A DNA stretch of 64,000 nucleotides, from positions 196,726,001 to 196,790,000 of the forward strand of contig OZ024740.1 of the NCBI GenBank assembly GCA_964016885.1, written 5' to 3'. Of this stretch, positions 50,601 to 62,600 are shown piece after piece; positions within the stretch are counted from its first letter, which is position 1; every line of letters starts with the position of its first letter. This DNA comes from Eledone cirrhosa. Taxonomy: Eukaryota. Position numbers and translations under genes: made by a program. The notes beneath the pieces are model-generated. The model was not told the origin of the DNA, made no database searches, and saw only the letters and a list, made by a program, of their open reading frames with translations.

Positions 50601-53600
50601 GAATGTAGAAGTGTTAACAAATTGTTAGAAATTGATTACTTTAAATTATAATGAAATAATGATTAGGTTTAGAAAAGGTTCAAGTATTGTATTTACTTTC
50701 TTTTCATCTATTTTACTAGTCAGAAAGAAAGACACCTGAAAGAGCAGGTACACCAGGCAAGGTATGTCAATATCAGAAAATATTCATTCATTTATATATT
50801 TTTATTCTTGATTCTGTCATGATTAAAATTCTCTATGGCAACCTCCCACCCATTAGCCATATCATCCGTATCAGGCATCTTCAACTTGCAGGTCATGTCA
50901 TGAGAAACAACGAACCTGCTACAAAACTTTTACTGTGGAAGCCCACTAATGTGAAAATGCAAACGCAGAAGACCTCTCAAGACATTAAAGAGAGTCATTG
51001 AGGAAGATCAAGAATTGTCCAGTGAGGAACTGAGGCAGTTAATGTTGGATTGTGTGAGACGGAAAGGTTTTATCATGTCACCACAAAGAAGTGGTTGAAT
51101 TTAGTAGTAGTAGTTGTAGTTATTTTCATATCATGTATTTTGTGAACAATAGTTTTCCAATAGACCAATCACTAGTTAATTGCATGTACGACACTGAGAG
51201 CAACAGGTATCTGTACAACTGGAGCTGAATATATACTACAAGGTATTTTTGTTTGACACACTGATTTAACAGGAATGTTTCACTAATGTGTTTGTTTTTT
51301 TACCAATACATGGGAACACACACACATGTGCACTTACATTGTTTGTTATTTTTAGTATTATTAAAGTCACTCTTAACTGATAAAAATTGTATATATTCTT
51401 TCTCTATTGGACACCATGCAAAAATGACCAATCTCATTAATAGTTTCTCTCTCACTCTCTCTTGCTCCATATAATCCACTTAAGCAGGTAACTGACCATG
51501 TTCGACTCAGGTAGTTCATGAATGTGGCATATTCTCCATTTTTTAAGAAAGCTGCTGTGAGTGAGTGTGCTACATTTAAACTAAACAAATAATTATTTCT
51601 GTTACTTCTATTCTGCATGTGGCAGACTTGGGCCCTGAAAAGCACAGAGAAGGCAACCTGACTAGGAGAGCAGTAACTCTGAATATATACTGATACAGTG
51701 TAGAGAGGACATTCCAGTCCTGTCAGACTGCCTCTGTCATGCAGGTTGTATGAGAAATGGCCCTCAATCCATGCTGTAAAGGGCTTTGTAATAGGAAAAG
51801 CATCCAGCTGTAAAAGAACATGCCATAAATAGGACTGTTAGGTTACTGTAAAACATTAGCTACATGTGCAGTACCACAGTATTGGGGTGTCTAGTTGGGA
51901 ACATCTGGCCATATATGAGAACTCCTTGACTACCATCAAACGAGCACACCAACTCTCTTCTTTTCAAATGCAGAAAATAGACATTGAATAACCTGAATAC
52001 CATCAGAAATTCTCCTTTCCCTGTCAGGTGTAAATGTTCAAGGCTGCCTCTATCAATATTGACATGATGATAGGTAGGTCTGGAGAGAGTATAGTCATGC
52101 TAGGTTGGTGACACATAGATGTGTGCTGTGTACAAGGTGTCAGGTGAAGTGGAGTCTTAGCCAGACTTCTAACAGGCAAGGAACATAGGTACAAATTGTT
52201 CTGGGTTGGTAACAGTGTTGGAGTTGGAATTAGGGCCTATGAAAGAGGGGTCCAGCCAGTACTTTATTCCGGGGCCCAAGAGCTAAGAAGGCCCCACAGC
52301 AACCATACAACATCCATTTTGAGAAAAATCTTTACCTGCTTCGGGCCCCAAAGGAGTCTTGTACTACTTTGCAAAATGTTTCTTGGAGGCTCTGGTTGAA
52401 ATAGGCATATTGTTGGTAGAGATGTGGATAGATAAAGTTATTGAAGTAATTTGGGTATGTTACCGAATAATTAAGCTTAAACTGGTTATAAGTAACACAA
52501 CAGCAACATTGATCTCTGATATGCACCACAATCAAACTGATAGTGGAAAACAAATAGTCCTGTTAACCTTGAACAAACTACTCTTTCTCTATAGCACAGA
52601 TGAATGGTTAGAAGTGGGAAGGATACCCATTTCTAGAAATAGTTGCTTCAACAAAGTACAAATTAACCAATTTGAAGAGAAGTATCCTATACATAATAAC
52701 ATAAAAAAATGAATGTAAAATATTAAAACAAAAACCGTTATTTTTTTGTTTGCTTATGTTTTAGTATATCATTATTATAGTGTTTTGTTGTTGTTTCTCA
52801 TCTTTTATAGAAAACACCTGCTGTTCGTTCTTCAGGTGACTACAAGAAATACTATGATGCCTTTGATAAAATGGACAGAGAACGGGTGTCCAAGCCATCA
52901 AGACCATCTAATCAAGGTAATCTGACATTTTGATGAATATATTAACTTAGGTCAGGATCCTTCTTCATCCATCAAACTGTCAAACTACAGGACATAAAGT
53001 ATTGTCAATGGCAAGATATATATGGAGACAAAGAAATATAAATACACACATATATATATATATGATGATAGACAGCGAATTTACAGATTTGTTAGAACAT
53101 CAACTTTGTGGTATTTGTTCCTGCTCACTCAGTTCAAATACCACCAAGGTCAACTTTACCTTTCATCCATTCAAGATGGATAAAAAGTATCAGTCTAGTA
53201 CTTGGGGGAATTCTTCCTCTATATTTTTTTCTCACTTCCATTCTCTCACTCTCTATCTTTCTCTGGAAGAAATCTGCTGTATTAAGGACTGGAGAGGAGA
53301 TGGGTTCCACCAGGTTTAAAGATGATGTATGTCAATATGACACCCCTACAATTCCTTCAGGAGTTGCAGGAACATGCATGCATATGTATGATGGACTTCT
53401 GCATAGTTTATGTCTATGAAATTTCACTCACAATGCATTGGCTAGCCCAACATTATAGTAGAAAACACTTGCTCAAGTGGCCATGAAGTGGAGATCATAC
53501 CCAAAACACATGATTGTGAAGTGAGCTTCTTAACCAGGTAGCCATGCTCTTGCTTCTATTATGCAAAAATCAGAAATAGATGAAACTTCTTTCTTACTCA

Positions 53601-56600
53601 AATAAATCAAAAAGTTGAACACTTATTTTTTAAAAATCATTTATTTACAATTTTACTACTCTTTCTTTGTAGCATGGTACCTGAATCAGGCTCGACATAA
53701 ACCACTAAACATCTTAGGAGGAAAAGCAGTTGGTCCCAGGTCAGCCATTCTGTTATATATTTTATTATCTTAAAATAGTCTAATGAATCAACCAAACAAG
53801 TTGGGGGTGGGCATCAGAAGAGCCAGTTGCCATAGGTCTATTATTTTTTAATGGGATCCTATTCACCTCAAATTCTAGTTCTTTTATTTTGTTCTGTTAC
53901 TTGTAAGTACATCATGTACCCATATATATCCATAAATACTTATAAATTGGTTAGGTCAGCTCTGCTTCTAAAACCATGTAACCTAGTACAACCTGCTTCA
54001 TGATTGAGTGGTCGGTAGCTAAACTGGCTCTCCTACCAGACCCTGATTGGAGGAGGAGGTTAAGTGGAACTCCAGAAGCACAAAATAAGAGCTGTTAAAA
54101 AGGTGGATGAACTCTTCAGAGTCAATGGCCATTTACCCCCGACTATGAGTTAAATAGCGTCACTAACCTGCAATTGGCCAAGTGTGGTGAATATGGCTAC
54201 AACTCTGACATGACCAAAACCAAACAGAAAGCAGTGGATCATCCAGGGAGGGATTTCTCCACAGGAGTGAGAAGGCTCTGGATTGGATTGAACTTATAAA
54301 TCATATGTATTTAGCATTGATTACTAAAAGACTAAATGAACAGCTTGACATGGGATGGGATCGAGCTGGACGTATTACCAGCGTTGCACAAGTCCACTGT
54401 TGAGAGAAACATTTGTTTTTTATATTGAAAAAAAGAAATACTATCCTTAGAAAATATCATTTTCTCAATTATTTTTGTGGGGCAGTACACATGGTATTGG
54501 GGTCAGCTTTCAAAGGAACCAAACCAACTTATTCTGAAAGCTTGGTTCAAAATTCCCTTACCATTTACAGAAATTTCAATTGATAACTTTTATTTTTAAA
54601 ACCACAGGAATAGATTCAGCCCTACTCCTTGCCAAGGTAAAATTGTCTCTGACTTCCTTCAACGAAAAGCTGATGCTGCTCGTAACAAAATAAAAGTTCA
54701 GGTAAGAATTTTTTTTTAATTTTGTTTAATTTGGTACTGTTGGGCTCAAGCATGACTGTAAGGTTAAGATGTTTGCTTTACAACCACATAGTGGCTGGTT
54801 TAATCCTACTGCAACATCAGTGAGTGAAATTTGGTTGATGGAAACTGTGTGGAAGCCCATCATTTATCTATATGTGTTTGTGTGTAAGTTTGTCTCTATT
54901 ATGTATTTACGAGGGGAGATCAAAAAGTTCGCGGAATTTTTCAAAAAATATGATTTACCATCAATTTATTTTTCTACATAGTTGCTATCCAGGTCAATAC
55001 ACTTGACAAGGCGATGCTTCCAGCTTTGTAAGCCGTCTCTAAAGAAAGTTGAAGGCCTTGTTCGAAGCCATGTGTTGGCAGTGTTTTTAGCTTCTTCAAC
55101 ACCACTAAAACGGGTTCCTTTTAGCATTTCTTTGAGTTTTGGAAAGAGGAAAAAGTCTGATGGGGCTAAATATGGACTATAAGGCGGGTGAGGAAGCACT
55201 TCCCATCGAAATTCTCGAAGAACTTCTTTTGCAACCCACGCAGAATGCGCTGGTGCATTGTCATGGTGAAACAAGATCCCACCATGAAGTTTCCCTTTTC
55301 GTTTCTTGACTAAAGCCTCTTTCAGCTTCCTTAAAATATTTGCATAGTAAGCTCCTGTCACAGTTCTTTGACCTTCAAGATAATCTATTAGTATCACCCC
55401 ATCTGAATCCCAGAAAATGGTGGCCATCACTTTTTGATCCGACTTTTGAGATTTGAACTTGATTGGCCCCGATGATCCACGTGGAAGCCAGTGTTTTGAC
55501 TGCTGTTTGGATTCAGCATCATACTGGTAGATCCAGGTTTCATCTCCGGTGATGATTCTGGTCAGGAAATGCTCTTCATCAACTTCAATTTTGTTTAATA
55601 TCGTCAAAGACAGATCACTTCGAAGAATCAGCTGATCAGGGTGCAACGCTTTTGGGACCCATCGCGCTGAAAGCTTGCTTAGTCCCAAATTATCGTGCAG
55701 AATTGAATTTGCTGAACCATATGAAATGTCTAGGGACTTAGCTAACTGATTAACTGTTATTCTTCGATCTTCTTCAATTAAAGTCTGAGCAGCCTCAACG
55801 ATTTGGTCATTTTTTTATGTTCCTAGTCTCCCACTGTGATGGTCGTCTTCAAGGTCGTCTCTCCTTTGTTTGAATTGCTGAATCCACTTGTAGACAGCAG
55901 TTTTCTTTGGAGCAGTAGTACTGTAAACTTTAACTAAAACCTCCATAATCTGTGTCCCTTTCCATTTGAGTTTCACCAGAAACTTGATATTCGATCTTAT
56001 CTCAAAATAACTATTTTCCATTGTTCCAAAAAGAGGTTTTTTAAAGAGTGTCAGTACTGTACAATAGTCCACGCATAACTGACTGCAAGTGACTAATAGC
56101 AAGGTAAACACCCAGTGACAATGTTCTGACATGTTTAATATTGTTTTAATCTATTTTTTTCTTACTACGATAACATTCCGCGAACTTTTTGATCCCCCCT
56201 CGTACATTGACACTGCTGAAACAGCTGGTGCTGTTTATGTTCTTCTGCTTAGTGTTTCAATACTAAAAAATAAGGATTGGCACCAGGAAAAGCATCCACA
56301 TGTAGAATACTGCCTCAAAAAGTCCCATCCAACCTCTTGTAGTATGGAATAGCAAACATTAAAATGATATTGATGATGAAGACGGTGACAATGACAATGG
56401 CAATGGCCGACATCTATTAATTGACCTTGTATTTAGTGACCATATGATAAAAGGATTTGTTGTTTATCAGTAGATCTGATATTTCGTATTTTGGGATTGC
56501 AGAAATTCCTTTATTCCTGATTATTTTAGTGTTATACTATCTTAAACCTTTCATTACCATATTTCTAATTGAAGACAGCTTATGATTTGCAAATATTTTT

Positions 56601-59600
56601 TTTTAAATAATCAAGAATTAAGCTGCTGTTTTGAACATAACTTAACATAGCTTCTTACATTATCATGAAAGGTTTTAAGACAAATATTAACACTTTAAAA
56701 CAAACAGTTTGTGTCATATACTCAGATACAGTTTCAGGTGGGCTGGTATCAAAAGGGTTAAATTCTTCTAATTAGTCTTGTAAAATGTTTTAGCATCTTT
56801 TTAAATATATTTTTATTATATTTAATTTTCTTTTCTTTAAATTTCTTAGATCCTTTTCTAAAAAATAATATTTTTACTTTGTATTTTATGCTATTATAAG
56901 TTACCCTCCCCTATTGAAGGTAAGTGGCCTAGTGGTTAGGCTGTTAGATTGTGGATTCATGATCATAAAGTTGCAAGTTTGATTCATGAATGGGTGGCAT
57001 GTTGAGTTCTTGAGCAAAATAGCCTATTTCTATTGCTCCTCCTGCAAGCAGTTGTGACTGGCAGATTGTATCAGCAATGGAAAGACTAATGGAAACATTG
57101 TTTCCTTGGTCCAATCTATTAATTGGTTCCTTTTTTTTTCTATTTAAGTTATTTTCTAATTTTCCTTCTAAAGGCATAGTAAGAAAGGGCAAGAAATGGG
57201 GGCAGTCATACTTCTGGTGCAGGTGAGAAGGAGCACAAAATTCCCTCTGATTTTTTAAATATCTGTTAATTAAGGTATGGGTGTCAAAAATGTTCTTGAT
57301 CCCAAACACTGAAAATCCTTGTTATACTGTTGATAAGAATATTACTTATTTGATTGTCTACCTCTCCAGCTTATATATGTCTTGTACCATATTATAAGTA
57401 CACCACACCATAAATACACTGTACCATAATATAAGCACCATATCATAAAACTCTACTTAATACTGTTTTCTAGATTTTATATATATATTTTTTACAGGGA
57501 CAGAAATCTGCACTGCCAGACCATTCTAGTAAGTTGTTATTTTACTATAATTATTGTTTTTGTTCACTATAAGTTGCAACTTTACTATGGTGTTTGTTTT
57601 CTGCCTCCTAAGTAAAACTGCACTTGTCCTAGTTTATCTAAATTCAATGAGTTTAACCAAATTCTATAAGTTGTATACATATTTTGCTTCTCCAATTGAA
57701 ATGTAATTTAATTTACAATATGTGTATATGAGAGGATGGTGAGTGGTCAAAAATTATTTGAAGGATTGTAGTATTAACCATTTTGATACCTAACTGTCTA
57801 TGATGAACAACTGTTTATTTTAAAGTGTTTTTTGTTTATCTAAAAGTCTTTTATGCTAATATTATGTTAGAATATTTATTAAGTCATATTCCAAAAACTA
57901 AATTAATGATGAAAAAGTTAGTTATATTACTAAATTTCTTGTAGCTGGTGTCTCTGGCCATCCTTCATGGGGCACAGCTGAGGCACCGCTTAAAATGAGG
58001 TGTAGTGTCTGTTTCCCTCTTCTTCCTTTCTTTCGTTGCTTGATTCTTTTTTTCTTTTTCTTCTTTTCATTTCCCTTTAATAGTGTGTTTTGCTTTTGTA
58101 TAAACAATTTTGTGTAATGAAATTATTTATAGAAACTATTTTAAACATCCTTCTTACTTATTGTCAAAATGGATGTATTGGCAAAGTTAAATAGAAAAAC
58201 TTCATAAAATGAAGTAAATTTGTGTGAAACATGGAATCTGAAGACGCTAGGGATGGTCTATGTCAACAAATACAAAATGTTTACAAGATGAAATAAATTA
58301 TTTTGCCATGAAAAAGAGCAATATATATATAAATGGTCTTGTTTGAAACACCAGGCTTCGCATCTTCGAAAGAAAATAATTGATTCCACTTTGTGAATTG
58401 TTTATGAATATGTTACATTTGACATTGTCATACAATACCACCATTTTTTTCTGCTGCTGTACAATGATATGTGTATTTCATTCCAGTTTTTCTTCTTCTC
58501 ACTATCCTTTATTTTCTATTTTCTCACATTACTGAGGATATCACATTGCTGTGAATTTAATTTTCTTCACTTTCAGCACCCTTACCTAGGAATGCCATGC
58601 TTCATGGTACCACTGCTTCTCAGAAAAGGCAACAGCAGGAAAAGGTAATTAGTGTAATTAGTCATTAGTCTTAGTGTTCTAATATAATTCTGTTTTTATG
58701 TAGGATGCTTTATAGGAACATTAGTTTGACCCCAGTTCTTGACTGGTACTATATTTTAACCACCCCAGAAGGAATAAATGATTCCACTTCTGATAAAATC
58801 TTGCAGTTGTAAAATATTGGAATTAAAGACATAACTCCTGAAAGTGGTTTAAAGTTTCATGTATTAAAGAGATTTGAAATCTGGCCATGATTAGTAATTC
58901 TATATATTTCAATAGAACATGTGGAGGATTGAGATGGCTTAGTATTTTAAGTTATAGATGATTACGTGTACATCATCATCATCATCATCATCATCATCAT
59001 TTTATGTCCGCTTTTCCATGCTTGAATGGGTTGGACGAGTCTTTCTCAGCACGGCATCTCTCCATTTGTCGTATTCCTTCATCATCTCCTCTGCCAGTCT
59101 TAGCGATTTAAGGTCCGCTCTCACAACCTCTTCCCAGGTTTTTCTTGGTCGACCTCTATTGTGGCTTCCTTCCACTGGGACTTCACCCATCGGTCATTGT
59201 ATATATCATCAGATATAAACTCTTCTCCTCATATTATAGTCTTTCTTGGTATTGAGATCTTCAGTTAGAGTGTGAAAAGAGATTCTCTATTTACATTCTT
59301 TCATGTTATTTTGTTTCTAAAGAATGTGAAACTCTAAACATTATTTACTTTATTTTATTCATTATCTTTCAGGAATATCTTCTACATATACAGAAAGTAG
59401 CACAGGAAAATTTCCTGGAAAGACAAAAACTGAACCAAGAAGTATGTTTTTTCATTTTTGATTACATATGACAATATTCAGTGAGATATTTATATTTAGA
59501 ACCTATATAATTTAACTGTAGAATAAATCTTGAAGTGAGTGAGAATATAATGTAAGTTCTCAGCCCAATGGTATAGATTACAGAAAAATTAGTTTCACAA

Positions 59601-62600
59601 TTATTATCAGCTATCATATTTTATTCAATCGTGTTGAAAACATAATTTCAGAGTTGTATTTGTTTTGACAAGTGGCTTGATCTGAGACAGTGTTTTGAAA
59701 CAGAATTAATTACATTGTGGAAGAGTTATTTTAGCAATTAAAAATAGAAATTAAAAAAATCACACAAAAATTGTGTTCAATTTTCATTTATTTCATGGTA
59801 TCAAAATTTTCATCACACCTCTGTAACCTGGTCACTGACACTTCAACTTCACTTAACTTAGATCTAATTGCTTGAAAAAAATGATATTTTATAACTATAT
59901 AGAAATGCAGTTGAGTTTACATGTCAATAAGCTAATCTGAAAATTGGTGCATATTTGTGATTGTTACCTATATTATAAGTGATAATAGATGTGTGGTTTA
60001 TATTCCATTAGTGGTGTTTTTTTCTTTTCTGTCACAAAACATTTAATATTAATTGCTGTATTATTTGTTATATGGAAAAAAAAAGGTTTTAATAAACACA
60101 GAGACCAAGCTAGAAATACATTAACCAATCTTGTCCAGACTATTTTAGAATCATTAGCAATACATTTATGTACAATTATTTCCCCAAATGCATTTGTTTG
60201 GTAGGACTTATGTAGTTTTGTTGTTTTTTTCTTTGTTTAAATTTTACTTTAAAACAAAAACTATTTTCAATCTGTTTTCCAGCAAAAATCAACTTCTACG
60301 TAAGTATTTTTATTTTTTATTTTCCTGACTTAATTATTTCTTGATTCAAGAGATGGTTCCACAAAATATATCCTTTTGTTTAATTCAAGGTTGATTTCAT
60401 AAACATAAAATCAGTAAGTTTCATTTTAAAGAAACAGTTTGAATATAAATATAAACAATACGTTCTGTGTCTCAGTGGCTCAACATGCCAAGAGCAGTGG
60501 AAATCACTTGAAAATCAAGCATGGGTTGGTGTCAAGAAAGATGTTTGGCTGTAGAATACTACATCAAAACTTCTCATCCAATACATGCTAGTATGGAAAA
60601 GGTGGACATAAAAATGATGATGAGAATGAGTGTTAAAGGAAATATTAATATTAAAGTTTCATAAAATATGGACATCAAAGTTTAATGAAATATCCCTAAA
60701 CTTCATGGTTTAAATAAATACTCTGGATGTCAGGGATTCTTTTCTGAATCCCAATGACTCATGGTGTTTATCCTCAGTTTTTGTAGTGTTAAATGATTGA
60801 GGGGTGTATCTCCTGGATAGGCCACTATTTCTACCAAATTACGAACCTCCTTCATCCTCTCACTCTAAGAGAAATTCTCACAGATTATGAACAATTCTCC
60901 TTCTCCTTTGTAAAAAAGAAATGGAGGCTCAAGGCAGACTTTAGACTAGAAAAAACTTAGAATTATGTACTATATATAATTTTGTTATTCTATCCATATG
61001 ATTTTCAGACCAAAACCACAGAAATCTGTGACCCAAGTATTGAAAGAGATTGGAGTTGAAGAGAAACCGCGTCTGGAGATTTCAAAGGAGTATGTAACAC
61101 ATCTAATGGATTTTAATCTGGGTTTATTAATTTAGTTTGAATGTACGTGGCTTAATAGTTAGAGAATTGGATTTACAATCTTGGGGTTGTGAGTTCGATT
61201 CCCTGACTGGGTGATGTGTTATGTCCTTCAGAAAGTCACTTTATTTCACATTGCTCCTTCCGTCAGGAGTTGCGACCGGTAGATAGTATCAGCAATGGAA
61301 AGACCAATGGAAACATTGTTTCCTTGGTCCGATTTGACGAGTGCTAGCGTGGAAGATGAACGTTAGACAATGATGATATCCCACTCAGTAAGTGAGTGAT
61401 GTCTGGGATATTTCAATCGATTCTCTATTAATTTAATCCATTAGCCTATGTAATTCAATATAACTTACATATGAAAAGTTGAAGGTGTGTGGTTTAGTGG
61501 TTAGGGTGTTCAGCTTACGATTGTAAGGTTGTGAGATCTATTTCTAGCAATGCGTGGCGTCCTTGAGCAAGAAGCTTTATTTTACATTGCTCCAGTCCAC
61601 TCAGTTGGCTCTCATGAGTTGTATCTGTAATTCAAAAGGCCAGCCATGTTACACATTGTATTGTGTTGTGTCTCTGAGAATTATGTTAAAGGTACATGTG
61701 CTTGTGGAATACTCAGCCATTTGCATGTTAATTTCATAAGCAGGCTGTTTCATTGATCACATCAACCAGAACACTCATCGTTGGAGTTGACAGGTCCTAC
61801 ACACACACACATATATATATATATGGCAAGAAGTCTATGGAGTTCAGTGTAATTTGTAAATGGCTAAAAAGTCGATGTTTTTTTTTTCAAGTTTCACAAG
61901 ATGATATAGAATTAATTATAATTTCAAGGTAAACTTGACATTATCTTAACATATTTGTTTTCTGTTTCTAGGGAGGTTGTCTTAAGAGCTAATATAGATG
62001 AGAAAAAGGTGAGTTTGCCTGAAATACCAATATCAGCCTTCTATTATTTTCAAATGGAATTCCTCTTTGGATCATTAAACATCTGTTCTGTGCCTAATCT
62101 AATATAATTTTCTCTTATAATACATCTTAGAAGTGACTGGAATTCTAAGCATAGCTGTGTGACTAAGAAGTTCACATTTCAACAGCATGCTTTTGAATTT
62201 AATCCCTCTCTGTAATACTTTTGGCAAATGTCTTCCACTGTAGCTTTGGGTTGACCAATGTATTGGGAGTAAATTTGATACATTGGTACTGTTTAAGCAA
62301 GCACTGCCATTTGTTTATGTGTTGCAGCTTAGCAGTTCAATGAAAAATCAGAGGAATAAATATCATACTTAAAAGATAAATTATTACTTGATGTCATGGA
62401 GGGCATCTCGTTATTTAATTGATTGGAGTGGGGGATAGTAGAATTGGTCAAGTCTCAAACAAAATACCTTGTGGTATTTACTTATGCCCATTTATGTTTT
62501 GTGATCATATCTCAACAGTGTTGACTTTGTCTTTTATCTTTTGGGGATCGATAAAATCAAACACTAATGTTGATGTAATCGACTGTATAGCCCTCCTTTA

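Noticed and set aside
56901-56919. Apparent 19-nt exon LPSPIE with a GTAAGT donor
   Set aside because: The donor is the start of a tRNA-SINE (compare 61481), and joining it to the 31-nt exon gives a stop; not needed for the frame, although rare exonisation cannot be excluded.
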